Shown: positions 1-8,483, counted from the stretch's first letter. The stretch is 58,140 nt of DNA from Actinomycetota bacterium (GCA_046735315.1 JBKPTB010000160.1:1-58140), one strand, 5' to 3'. Notes: a model not told the origin generated them from the sequence alone. A program made the numbers and translations.

Positions 1-149
1 GCGGCCTGCAGGCCCTCGTAGTCCACACCTGGCACCACGAAGTCGGCGTCCTTCGACTCGAGCCCGAGCTGCTCGTCGCGAACGGCACCGCCGACCAGGT
101 ACGCGTCGAGCCCGAGACTGCGCACGAACTCCTCGATTGTCCGATCCAC
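1..149 (-). CDS. CCA tRNA nucleotidyltransferase / poly(A) polymerase family protein, N-terminal fragment (continues past window start)
   Basis: Reverse translation from GTG at 149 gives VDRTIEEFVRSLGLDAYLVGGAVRDEQLGLESKDADFVVPGVDYEGLQA. This contains the GGxVRD nucleotidyltransferase motif. It lies 6 nt downstream of ridA on the same strand. Confidence 0.6.
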   Translation of the reverse strand, partial: MDRTIEEFVRSLGLDAYLVGGAVRDEQLGLESKDADFVVPGVDYEGLQA

Positions 150-155
150 GGAGTG

Positions 156-539
156 CTACTGAACTGCGATGGCTTCGATCTCGACGAGCAGGCCGGGCGG
201 AAGCTTTCCGACTTCGAAGGTCGAGCGGGCGGGCGGTTGGTCGCCCACGTGCTTGGCGTAGACCTCGTTCATCCCGGGGAAGTCGTCGAGGTTCGTGAGG
301 AACACGGTCGTCTTCACGAGGCGGTCCATGCCGCTGCCGGCTGCCTCGAGGATCGCGCGGATGTTGGCGAGCACCTGCTCGGTCTGCTCCCGGATGCCGT
401 CCCCGACCGGGCTTGGGTCGTCGGGTCTGATTCCAACTTGCCCCGCCACGAACACGAGTCCGTTCGCCTTGATCGCCTGCGAGTAGGGCGCACCCTGGAA
501 CGGCGCCGGCGCCGTCTCCGTTCTCACGACTTCCTTCAT
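156..539 (-). CDS. ridA: RidA/YjgF family reactive-intermediate deaminase
   Basis: 127-aa ORF with a typical RidA pattern (YSQAIKANGLVFVAGQVG, TTVFLTNLDDF, LVEIEAIA). ATGA overlap with the upstream gene. Confidence 0.9.
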   Translation of the reverse strand: MKEVVRTETAPAPFQGAPYSQAIKANGLVFVAGQVGIRPDDPSPVGDGIREQTEQVLANIRAILEAAGSGMDRLVKTTVFLTNLDDFPGMNEVYAKHVGDQPPARSTFEVGKLPPGLLVEIEAIAVQ

Positions 540-1066
540 CCGTTCTCCTTTCCGCGCGGCCGGCAGGCCTGTGCGAGCGCGACGCCGAGCGCCTTGAAGA
601 TCGCTGCGAGCACGTGTTGCGTATCCCGTCCTTCGACCAGTCGCACGTGCAGCGTCAGGCCCGCGGACTGCGCCAGCTCTTCCAGGAAGCGTGCCGCCAG
701 ATCGCCTGCGAGGCCGGCGATGCGTGCCTGGGACAGGTCGACGTTCGAGACGAGCAGCGGCCGGCCGGATGCCTCCAGCGCCACGTGTGCAAGTGCCTCG
801 TCGGCGGGAACGAACGCGGACGCATGTCCGGCTGCTCCATCCGCGCGGAGCGGTCCGGTCAACGCTTCGCCGAGCGACCGTGCCGCGGCACTGATCTCGA
901 CCTCCGGCGGTCCCGGCTCGACCTCCAGAGCCAGGTCGAAGGAGCCGTAGACCGCGAGGGTCGTCAGCAGGTGGTCGAGCACCGGCAGGCCGGTTCCGAC
1001 GTTCGTCTCGCCGCGACCGGCGACGTTCACGCGCGCGCTCGCGCGGCCCTGTCCGGTCGCCGCCAT
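536..1066 (-). CDS. Imidazoleglycerol-phosphate dehydratase-like protein with degenerate metal-binding motifs
   Basis: The internal ATG at 1066 of track ORF 536..1828 gives 176 aa. These align by eye along the whole IGPD fold (GTGLPVLDHLLTTLAVYGSFDL, DTQHVLAAIFKALGVALAQA). The upstream part of the track ORF is Arg/Pro-rich junk antisense to murA. Confidence 0.65.
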   Translation of the reverse strand: MAATGQGRASARVNVAGRGETNVGTGLPVLDHLLTTLAVYGSFDLALEVEPGPPEVEISAAARSLGEALTGPLRADGAAGHASAFVPADEALAHVALEASGRPLLVSNVDLSQARIAGLAGDLAARFLEELAQSAGLTLHVRLVEGRDTQHVLAAIFKALGVALAQACRPRGKENG

Positions 1067-1080
1067 CGTGGGGGAGCGTA

Positions 1081-1116
1081 CTAGCTCTCGGCCTAGCTCT
1101 CGGCCTAGCTCTCGGT
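1081..1116. repeat. Three tandem copies of a 12-nt unit (ctagctctcggc x2, ctagctctcggt) covering the murA stop codon
   Basis: Read directly. On the minus strand it reads ACCGAGAGCTAG GCCGAGAGCTAG GCCGAGAGCTAG, i.e. TES* AES* AES*. Confidence 0.95.
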
Positions 1117-2415
1117 GCGCTCGATCTGCGCGCCGAGCGCGCGCAGGCGTTCGTCGATGCGCTCGTAGCCCTTGTCGATCTGATGGACCGCGCCTATCGT
1201 CGAGGGCCCTTCGGCGCACAGGCTCGCGAGCAGCATCGCCATGCCGGCGCGGATGTCCGGGCTCTCCATTCGCTGGCCGCGGAGCCTGCACGGGCCCGTC
1301 ACGACTGCACGGTGCGGGTCGCAGAGGATGATGCGCGCGCCCATGCTCACCAGCTTGTCCGTGAAGAACAGGCGGTTCTCGAACATCTTCTCGAACATGA
1401 GGATCGTCCCGGCCGCCTGAGTGGCGACGGTCAGCGCGACGGACGTGAGGTCGGAAGGAAACGCCGGCCAGGGGCCGTCCTCGATCTTCGGAACGTGACC
1501 ACCGAGGTCGTCCTGGACGGCGAGCTCTTGCCGGGGAGGCACGCGCACGAAGTCGTCCCCGAGCTCCACCTTCACGCCGAGCTTTTCGAAACCATGCAGG
1601 AGCGAGACCAGGTCGGCCCGCTTGACCCCGTCGACAGTGACGTCCCCGCCGGTGATCGCCGCGAGACCGATGAAGCTGCCGACCTCGATGTGATCGGGGC
1701 CGATCTCCCATTCGCCCCCACGGAGTGTCTCGACGCCCTGGATGCGGAGGACGTTCGACTCGATGCCCTCGATCTGCGCGCCGAGCGAGACGAGGAAGCG
1801 GCAGAGATCCTGGACGTGCGGTTCGCACGCCGCGTTGCCGATCACTGTCTCACCGCGCGTCAACGTCGCGGCCATGACGGCGTTCTCGGTCGCCATGACG
1901 CTGGCCTCGTCCAGAAAGATGTGCTTGCCGCTCAGTGACCCCCCGCGCAGCTCGTAGCGCCGGCCGATGTCGATCTGCGCGCCGAGCTCGGCGAACGCAT
2001 GGATATGCGGATCGAGCCGCCGCCGGCCGATCACGTCACCGCCGGGCGGCGGCGCACTGACGTGCCCGACGCGGGCCAGCAGCGGTCCGGTCAGGAGGAA
2101 GGAAGCGCGCATTCGGCTGCAGAGCTCCTCGTCCAGCTCCTGCTTCGTGATCTCTGCCGCCTGAATCTGCACCTCGTTCGCGCCCGTCCACTCCGCCTCC
2201 GCGCCCACGTCGTTCAGCAGCTCGATCATCGTTTCCACGTCCACGATGCGCGGCACGTTGCGAAGGACGACCGGCTCGGTCGTCAGCAGGCAGGCAGCGA
2301 GGATCGGGAGGGCGCCGTTCTTGTTTCCCGCCGCCTGGATCCGCCCGTACAGCGGCCGCCCGCCCTCGATGACGAAAGACTCGGCCGCCCGTCCGATGAC
2401 GACGGTCTGAGACAT
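1105..2415 (-). CDS. murA: UDP-N-acetylglucosamine 1-carboxyvinyltransferase
   Basis: 436 aa with a MurA-type N-terminus (FVIEGGRPLYGRIQAAGNKNGALPILAACLL) and EPSP-synthase-fold repeats. The active-site loop is PGGDVIGRRRLDPH. Confidence 0.95.
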   Translation of the reverse strand: MSQTVVIGRAAESFVIEGGRPLYGRIQAAGNKNGALPILAACLLTTEPVVLRNVPRIVDVETMIELLNDVGAEAEWTGANEVQIQAAEITKQELDEELCSRMRASFLLTGPLLARVGHVSAPPPGGDVIGRRRLDPHIHAFAELGAQIDIGRRYELRGGSLSGKHIFLDEASVMATENAVMAATLTRGETVIGNAACEPHVQDLCRFLVSLGAQIEGIESNVLRIQGVETLRGGEWEIGPDHIEVGSFIGLAAITGGDVTVDGVKRADLVSLLHGFEKLGVKVELGDDFVRVPPRQELAVQDDLGGHVPKIEDGPWPAFPSDLTSVALTVATQAAGTILMFEKMFENRLFFTDKLVSMGARIILCDPHRAVVTGPCRLRGQRMESPDIRAGMAMLLASLCAEGPSTIGAVHQIDKGYERIDERLRALGAQIERTES

Positions 2416-2435
2416 CGCGGTAGCCTACCCACGTC

Positions 2436-3014
2436 GTGGAGACGACACGCGAACGGGCCTGGGAGACGCTCACGAAACACACGCAGAGCGAGGCGCTGCG
2501 GCGTCACGCGCTCGCCGTCGAGGCGTCGACCGGCTGGTACGCCCGCCACTTCGGCGAGGACGAGGAGCTCTGGCGCGTGGTCGCGCTCCTCCACGACTTC
2601 GACTATGAGATCCACCCCACGCTCGACAAGCATCCACAAGACGGCGCGCCGATCCTGCGCGAGGAGGGGTATCCGGAAGAGGTGATCGAGGCGGTGCTGT
2701 CGCATGCGGAACACCTGGCCATGCCGCGAGACACACAGCTCAAGAAGACGCTCTTCGCGTGTGACGAGCTTTCCGGCTTCGTGCACGCCTGCGGCCTCGT
2801 CCGGCCGACAGGGTTGGACGGGCTCGAGCCGAAGTCAGTCAAGAAGAAGCTGAAGCAACCCTCTTTCGCGGCGGGCGTGCATCGCGACGAGGTGTATGCG
2901 GGGGCCGAAGGCCTCGGCATCGACCTCGACGAACACATCCGCAACGTGGTGGCAGCGCTGCAGCCGATTGCACCGGAGCTCGGGCTGCGCACGGCGGAGA
3001 TCGCCGAGGCGTGA
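2436..3014 (+). CDS. HD-domain phosphohydrolase
   Basis: 192 aa, GTG start. Has the HD motif context (RHALAVE, VALLHDFDYE, SHAEH). Confidence 0.8.
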   Translation: METTRERAWETLTKHTQSEALRRHALAVEASTGWYARHFGEDEELWRVVALLHDFDYEIHPTLDKHPQDGAPILREEGYPEEVIEAVLSHAEHLAMPRDTQLKKTLFACDELSGFVHACGLVRPTGLDGLEPKSVKKKLKQPSFAAGVHRDEVYAGAEGLGIDLDEHIRNVVAALQPIAPELGLRTAEIAEA

Positions 3015-3409
3015 CGCCGCAGCTGGACTTCTTCGGCGTCGTCGTGAGCGACATGGCGCGCTCCGTCGCCTTCTACCGCAAGCTCGGGCTCGAGTTTCCG
3101 CAAGGGGCCGAGAACGAGGGTCATGCCGAGGCCGAGCTGCCCGGCGGTTTCCGCTACGCGCTCGACACCGAAGAGGTGATGCGTTCCTTCGACCCCGAGT
3201 GGCAGCGTCCGACAGGCGGGCACGCCGAGGGTGGAGCGTTCCGTTGCGAGTCGCCCGCCGAAGTCGACCAGGTCTACGCAGAGCTCATGACGGCGGGTGG
3301 GAGCCCCTACAAGGAGCCCTGGGACGCGTTCTGGGGAATGCGTTACGCGCAGCTCGAGGATCCCGACGGGACCGTGCTCAGCCTCTACGCTCTGCTGCCG
3401 GAGAGCTGA
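3011..3409 (+). CDS. VOC / glyoxalase-bleomycin resistance family protein
   Basis: 132 aa. LDFFGVVVSDMARSVAFYRKLGLEF and DPDGTVLSLY are typical glyoxalase-fold ends. GTGA overlap with the HD gene. Confidence 0.8.
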   Translation: MTPQLDFFGVVVSDMARSVAFYRKLGLEFPQGAENEGHAEAELPGGFRYALDTEEVMRSFDPEWQRPTGGHAEGGAFRCESPAEVDQVYAELMTAGGSPYKEPWDAFWGMRYAQLEDPDGTVLSLYALLPES

Positions 3410-4481
3410 GCCCGGCGAGCAGGCGCGCGATGTCGTCCTCGCTCGTCCACCAGCCACAAGAAGCACGAAGCCAGGCTGTTCCCGGCAGGTCGCGTACGAC
3501 GACACCCGCCTCGTAGAGTCGCGCGGAGATTGCGGCGGGGCCGTCTCCGGCGACGAACGACACGAGCGTGCTCTCGGTCCGCTCGCCGATCACGTCGAAG
3601 CTCTCTGAGAGGGTGGTGCGACAGAGCTCGGCCATCTCGACGCCGCGCTCGTACCTCCACTGCGGAGCACTTGCGAGAGCGGCTTCGAGTCCCGCGAGCG
3701 CCGGCGGTGTGAGCCAGCCGGAGTCGAAACGGGCCGCGCCGGCGACGGGCTCGAAGCTCCCGTCGGACTTGATCGACTTCTGCGCGAAGCCGCTCGGCAA
3801 CGCGATGCGCAAGGCTTCCGGCTCTCGCACGTAGAGGGCGCCGAGCGGGTCAGGACCGCAGAGCCACTTCTGACACGAGACGGTGTAGTAGTCGAGCTCG
3901 CCCAGCTCGACGGGGATCGCGCCGACCGACTGCGCGCCGTCGACGAGGACCGGCAGGCCACTCTCACGCTTCAGCTCGTGCACGGGCATGCGCTGCCCGG
4001 TTGTCCAGAGCACGTGGGAGAGGGCGAGCAGACGCGTGCGCGGGGTGATGCAGGAGAGAATCGTCTCGAGTGCAGCCGCCGTCGGCCGAGCTGCGACCTC
4101 GGCCACACGCACCTGCGCATCGGAGACGTGCAGCGGCAGCAGCAGTCCGGGATGCTCGGCATCCGTCGTCACGACCTCGTGACCAGGTCCGAGCCCCAGC
4201 CCGGAGAGGACGATGTTGCAACCGTCGGTCGTGGAGTCGGTGAGGGCGACGCGGTCGGCACTCGTTCCGATCAGGTCGGCGATCTGCGCTCGGACGCGGC
4301 TGCGAAGCGCAAGCACGTCGTCGAACCAGGCCCGCCCGGCACGGCCGTGGTCCTGGTCGAAGCGCAACCGCTCAGCGATCGCGTCGAGCGTGCCGCGTGC
4401 GAGCGGACCGAGCGTGCCCGCATTCAGGTACGCCAGGCGCTCGAGAACCGGGAACTGCGCCCGCGCCTCGGCGGGAGTCAT
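3378..4481 (-). CDS. Class V aminotransferase-fold PLP-dependent enzyme (cysteine desulfurase / epimerase-like)
   Basis: The internal ATG (MTPEARAQFPVLERLAYLNAGTLGPL) of track ORF 3378..4967 gives 367 aa. PLP-lysine context is YYTVSCQKWLCGP. ATGA overlap with the upstream EEP gene. Confidence 0.85.
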   Translation of the reverse strand: MTPAEARAQFPVLERLAYLNAGTLGPLARGTLDAIAERLRFDQDHGRAGRAWFDDVLALRSRVRAQIADLIGTSADRVALTDSTTDGCNIVLSGLGLGPGHEVVTTDAEHPGLLLPLHVSDAQVRVAEVAARPTAAALETILSCITPRTRLLALSHVLWTTGQRMPVHELKRESGLPVLVDGAQSVGAIPVELGELDYYTVSCQKWLCGPDPLGALYVREPEALRIALPSGFAQKSIKSDGSFEPVAGAARFDSGWLTPPALAGLEAALASAPQWRYERGVEMAELCRTTLSESFDVIGERTESTLVSFVAGDGPAAISARLYEAGVVVRDLPGTAWLRASCGWWTSEDDIARLLAGLSSPAAERRG

Positions 4482-5404
4482 TTCACGTCCCGGTCGACGG
4501 GCGCGTGGTCCGAAAGCACGCGGCCTTCGAACGTGCGCCTCTCGGAGGGCCAACGTTCGGACGGCCCCGCCGACAGTCCGCGCACCAGAACATGGTCGAT
4601 GCCGGTAGGCGTCGGCCCCGTGAAGCCCCATTCCGGGTCGCTGAGGCTTGCGAGCGTCTTCGAGTTCTGGACGCTCAGGTTGAAGTCGCCGCAGAGGAGC
4701 ACAGGCTCGGCCGGCTGCGCGACCCCGTCGGCGAACACCGCTGCGCGAAGCAACTCGGCATCCGCCAGACGCTTGTCGGACGAGCCGGTCGCGTGCAGAT
4801 TGCAGACCACGAACGTGCCATCGCCACTCCCGATGCGTACGACCTGGCAGACGCGGCGCTCCCTCCCCCACGCACGGCGCGCGGCCTTGCTCAACCCGAG
4901 ACGTCGCGCTTGCGCCCGTCGAAAGCGGAAGGAGTTGAGGACGAGGTGGCGCCGCCCCATCACCCAAAGGCCGGCCCCCAGGAGGATCGCATTGGCCTGG
5001 CCGGTGAAGGCCGAGCGGAACAGACCGTGGTTGAGCTCGGTGATGATCCGACCCAGCTCTGCGCTCGACGGAACGGGCCCGATCCTCGGACGCTCGGTGA
5101 CGTCCGCGACGGAGGTCATGCCGCTCCAGGACTCGAGTCGAGCGAGCGACCAGACCGGCAGCTCTTGCAGGCAGAGCACGGCGGGGCGGTCACGGCTCGC
5201 CAACCGGACCATCTGCTCGAGGAAGGCTCTCCTCGTTGGCGGCTGCGTGTTCCCGTGGAAGACATTCCAGGTCCGGACGAGCAGGCGTTCTACTGTACTG
5301 CCGATGCGGATCCTGCTTGCCGACCCCCCGGCCTTCACGCCGGCGTACGACCACGAGCTCGCCGCTGCCCTCGCGGCGCGCGGACTGGATGTCGAGCTCC
5401 TCAC
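4478..5404 (-). CDS. Endonuclease/exonuclease/phosphatase (EEP) family protein
   Basis: LLVRTWNVFHGN, VLCLQE, GDFN and SDHAPV motifs in the order expected for the EEP fold. The start is uncertain: GTG at 5404 or GTG at 5338, and either overlaps the divergent GT4 gene. Confidence 0.75.
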   Translation of the reverse strand: MRSSTSSPRAARAAASSWSYAGVKAGGSASRIRIGSTVERLLVRTWNVFHGNTQPPTRRAFLEQMVRLASRDRPAVLCLQELPVWSLARLESWSGMTSVADVTERPRIGPVPSSAELGRIITELNHGLFRSAFTGQANAILLGAGLWVMGRRHLVLNSFRFRRAQARRLGLSKAARRAWGRERRVCQVVRIGSGDGTFVVCNLHATGSSDKRLADAELLRAAVFADGVAQPAEPVLLCGDFNLSVQNSKTLASLSDPEWGFTGPTPTGIDHVLVRGLSAGPSERWPSERRTFEGRVLSDHAPVDRDVK

Positions 5405-6350
5405 CTCACGCTTCCGTTACGGCGAGACGCCGACCCCCGACGGTTACCGTCGTAGCGAGATCTTCTATCCGCTCTCGTCGCGCCTCTTCGGCCGTTCTCC
5501 CGTTCGGATTCCGCTCAAGCTGGTCGAACACGTGCCCGCCACCCTCGCCATGCTCCGCCGCCCGGCAGACGTCCTTCACCTCCAGTGGTTGGCGGCGCCG
5601 GAGCTCGATCGCTTGCTACTGCGACCGCGCGTCCCGACGGTCTTCACCGCCCACGATCTCGTGCCTCGACGGACCGCGAAGAAGCAGGCGCTCTGGCGAC
5701 AGTTGCTCTCCCGGTTCGACCGTGTCGTCGTGCACAGCGAACGTGGCCGTCAGAGACTCGCCGAGCTGGACGTCGACGCGCACGTCATCCCACACCCGGC
5801 CTTTCCGAGCGAGCCGCCACGCGCGGACGACGGCCGAACGCTGCTCTGCCTCGGCACGATTCGCCCCTACAAAGGTCTCGGCGACGCAATCGCGGCGGTG
5901 CGACAGATCGAGGGAGCGCGGCTGCTCGTCGCCGGTGATCCCCTTGAGCCGCTGAACGGCTACCGCGCCGAGGCCGGAGATCTGGCGGAGTGGCGTCTCG
6001 GCTACCTCTCCCGAAGCGAGCTCGAACGCGCCCTCGGCGAGGCAACGGTGGCGCTCTTCCCGTATCGCCCCGAGCTCGACCAGAGCGGTGCCCTGCTCCA
6101 GGCGCTGGGGGCGGGCGTTCCCGCCGTCGCGTACGACGTCGGTGGCATCGCCGCGCCGGTGCGTGAGTTCGGCGCCGGCCGGGTCGTTGAGCCGGGCGAC
6201 GTCAGCGGGCTCGCAGCGGCGGCGCGGGAGCTGCTCGACGACCCGGCGGCGCTCGAGGCGGCGCGCGCAGGAGCTCGACGCGCCCGCGAGACCCTGACCT
6301 GGGACGCGGCCGCCGAGGCTCACGAGGCGCTCTACCGGGGGCTCGCGTGA
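5304..6350 (+). CDS. GT4-family (GT-B fold) glycosyltransferase
   Basis: ATG at 5304 (MRILLADPPAF) inside track ORF 3978..6350, giving 348 aa. The C-terminal half has the GT4 pattern (LVAGD, ALFPYRPELDQSGALLQALGAGVPAVAYDVGG). Confidence 0.85.
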   Translation: MRILLADPPAFTPAYDHELAAALAARGLDVELLTSRFRYGETPTPDGYRRSEIFYPLSSRLFGRSPVRIPLKLVEHVPATLAMLRRPADVLHLQWLAAPELDRLLLRPRVPTVFTAHDLVPRRTAKKQALWRQLLSRFDRVVVHSERGRQRLAELDVDAHVIPHPAFPSEPPRADDGRTLLCLGTIRPYKGLGDAIAAVRQIEGARLLVAGDPLEPLNGYRAEAGDLAEWRLGYLSRSELERALGEATVALFPYRPELDQSGALLQALGAGVPAVAYDVGGIAAPVREFGAGRVVEPGDVSGLAAAARELLDDPAALEAARAGARRARETLTWDAAAEAHEALYRGLA

Positions 6351-6661
6351 GGCTCAGGCGGCCGCGCTTCGCGGAGTTGATCGAGCGGCAGCTCGACCTG
6401 TTCGAGCGCGACCATCGCGGGCTGATCGAGGACTGCGTCGCCGCCGAGCGCGCGTACAACCGCGCCGGACGCGGCGAGGCAGAGGAACGCTACGGCGACT
6501 ACGTCGACCTGGTCGAGACCGGGACCGAGGTGCTCGCCGACCTACGGGACAACTTCGCGTCCACCCTCGAAGACGGCGCAGCCGAGGAGTACGAGGACGC
6601 CTTCAACCGGGCGGTCTTGAAACGCTTCCGCCGCTTCGCACTCGAGATCGAGGACCGCTGA
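6347..6661 (+). CDS. Hypothetical helical acidic protein, translationally coupled between the GT4 and GH15 genes
   Basis: 104-aa ORF. Its GTG overlaps the GT4 stop (GTGA) and its TGA overlaps the GH15 ATG (TGATG). I recognise no family. Confidence 0.5.
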   Translation: MRLRRPRFAELIERQLDLFERDHRGLIEDCVAAERAYNRAGRGEAEERYGDYVDLVETGTEVLADLRDNFASTLEDGAAEEYEDAFNRAVLKRFRRFALEIEDR

Positions 6662-8481
6662 TGGCTCGCATCGAGGACTACGGGATGATCGGCGACCTGC
6701 AGACGGCTGCCCTCGTCGGGCGTGACGGCTCGATCGACTGGGCCTGCTTCCCGCGCTTCGATTCGGCCTCCTGTTTCGCCGCGCTGCTCGGGACCTCCGA
6801 TCACGGGCGCTGGATCGTCTCGCCGCGCGGCGACAGTTGGCAGTCCGACCGCCGCTACCGCCCGAGGTCGCTCGTGCTCGAGACGGAGTGGGAGACAGAG
6901 GGCGGCGCCGTGCGCGTGATCGACTTCATGCCGCCTCGCGGCAAAGCGCCGGACATCGTGCGAATCGTCGAAGGATTGAGCGGCGAGGTGGAGATGACTT
7001 CCGAGCTCGTGATCAGGTTCGACTACGGCACGACGATTCCCTGGGTCCGCCGGATCGACGACTCGCGCATTGCGGTCGCCGGACCGGACGCGCTCTGTTT
7101 CAGGACTCCGGTCGAGAATCGCGGTGAGAACATGCGCACGGTCGGCGAGTTCACGGTTCGCGAGGGCGAGCGCATCCCGTTCGTCTTGACCTGGTACCCG
7201 TCGAACGAGCGTCCACCGCGCGCCATCAACGCGGAGGACGCACTGCAGGACACGATCGACTACTGGCAGGAATGGTCCCAGCACTGTTCCTACAGGGGCC
7301 GCTGGCAGGAGGACGTCTTTCACTCGCTCGTGGTGTTGAAGGCGCTCACGTATGCCCCGACCGGTGGCATGGTCGCCGCTCCGACGACGTCGCTCCCGGA
7401 GAAGATCGGCGGCAAGCGCAATTGGGACTACCGCTTCTGCTGGCTGCGGGACGCCACCCTCACACTCCTTGCCTTTCTCAACGCCGGCTTCGTCGAGGAG
7501 GCGGGCGCCTGGCGCACGTGGCTTCTGCGCGCAGCCGCGGGCGACCCCGCCGCCCTCCAGATCATGTACGGCGTCGCAGGAGAAAGGCGACTGTCCGAGT
7601 TCACGCTCGACCATCTCCCCGGCTACGAGGGGTCGAGGCCGGTGCGAGCCGGCAACGCGGCCGCCGAGCAGTTCCAGCTCGACGTCTACGGCGAGGTGAT
7701 GGATGCGATGCACCAGGGCCGCGTACATGACCTCGAGATGTCGAAGGAGGCCTGGGCGCTGCAGCGACGCGTGCTCGGCTTCCTCGAGCAAGCCTGGAAG
7801 GAGCCGGACGAGGGCATCTGGGAGGTGCGAGGCCCGCGGCGGCACTTCACGCACTCGAAGGTGATGGCCTGGGTCGCGTTCGACCGCGGCGTCCAGGCGG
7901 TCGAGCGGTTCGGGCGGGCGGGGCCGGTCGAGCGCTGGCGCGAGATCCGTTCCCGGATCCATCGCGAAATCTGCGAGAAGGGCTTCGACGCCGAGCTCAA
8001 CTCCTTCACTCAGTCGTACGGCTCGAAGCGGCTCGACGCGAGCCTCCTCGTGATTCCGCTCGTCGGCTTCCTGCCCGCCGACGATGCGCGCATGGTCGGC
8101 ACCGTCGCCGCGATCGAGCGGGAGCTCTTTCGGGACGGTTTCGTCTATCGCTACCTGGACGACGACGAAGAGCAGAACGTCGACGGCCTGCCGCCGGGTC
8201 AGGGCGCGTTCCTGCCGTGCACCTTCTGGTTCGCCGACAACCTCGCACTCCAAGGACGTCTCGACGAGGCCGAGGAGGTCTTCCAGAGCCTTCTCGACCT
8301 CCGTAGCGACCTCGGTCTGCTGGCCGAGGAGTGGGATCCGTCGACGCAGCGGCAGCTCGGGAACTTTCCGCAAGCGTTCACCCATGTCGCACTCGTGAAC
8401 ACTGCGTTCAACCTGGCTCGCCAGGAGCATGCCTCGCCGATGCAGCAGCGCGCCCCGGACGAGCAGGCAGCCGCCTACTGA
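6661..8481 (+). CDS. Glycoside hydrolase family 15 protein (glucoamylase/trehalase-like)
   Basis: 606 aa. The N-terminus IEDYGMIGDLQTAALVGRDGSIDWACFPRFDS and the (alpha/alpha)6 region (NWDYRFCWLRDA, FQLDVYGE) are typical of bacterial GH15. Confidence 0.9.
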   Translation: MARIEDYGMIGDLQTAALVGRDGSIDWACFPRFDSASCFAALLGTSDHGRWIVSPRGDSWQSDRRYRPRSLVLETEWETEGGAVRVIDFMPPRGKAPDIVRIVEGLSGEVEMTSELVIRFDYGTTIPWVRRIDDSRIAVAGPDALCFRTPVENRGENMRTVGEFTVREGERIPFVLTWYPSNERPPRAINAEDALQDTIDYWQEWSQHCSYRGRWQEDVFHSLVVLKALTYAPTGGMVAAPTTSLPEKIGGKRNWDYRFCWLRDATLTLLAFLNAGFVEEAGAWRTWLLRAAAGDPAALQIMYGVAGERRLSEFTLDHLPGYEGSRPVRAGNAAAEQFQLDVYGEVMDAMHQGRVHDLEMSKEAWALQRRVLGFLEQAWKEPDEGIWEVRGPRRHFTHSKVMAWVAFDRGVQAVERFGRAGPVERWREIRSRIHREICEKGFDAELNSFTQSYGSKRLDASLLVIPLVGFLPADDARMVGTVAAIERELFRDGFVYRYLDDDEEQNVDGLPPGQGAFLPCTFWFADNLALQGRLDEAEEVFQSLLDLRSDLGLLAEEWDPSTQRQLGNFPQAFTHVALVNTAFNLARQEHASPMQQRAPDEQAAAY

Positions 8482-8483
8482 CC

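Noticed and set aside
3978-5303. Long N-terminal part of the 790-aa plus-strand ORF 3978..6350. Comparable very long ORFs lie antisense to real genes: 6499..8493(-), 18504..19376(-), 19383..20678(-), 32908..34032(-), 34137..35507(+), 35504..36883(+), 39441..40949(+), 52966..54969(+) and 54966..56480(+).
   Set aside because: Their translations are Arg/Pro/Ala/Gly-rich low-complexity strings with no recognisable domains. They lie opposite or out of frame to genes with clear homology. This is the usual stop-codon-poor artefact of very GC-rich DNA. Only the 5304..6350 part of the first ORF is a real (GT4) gene.
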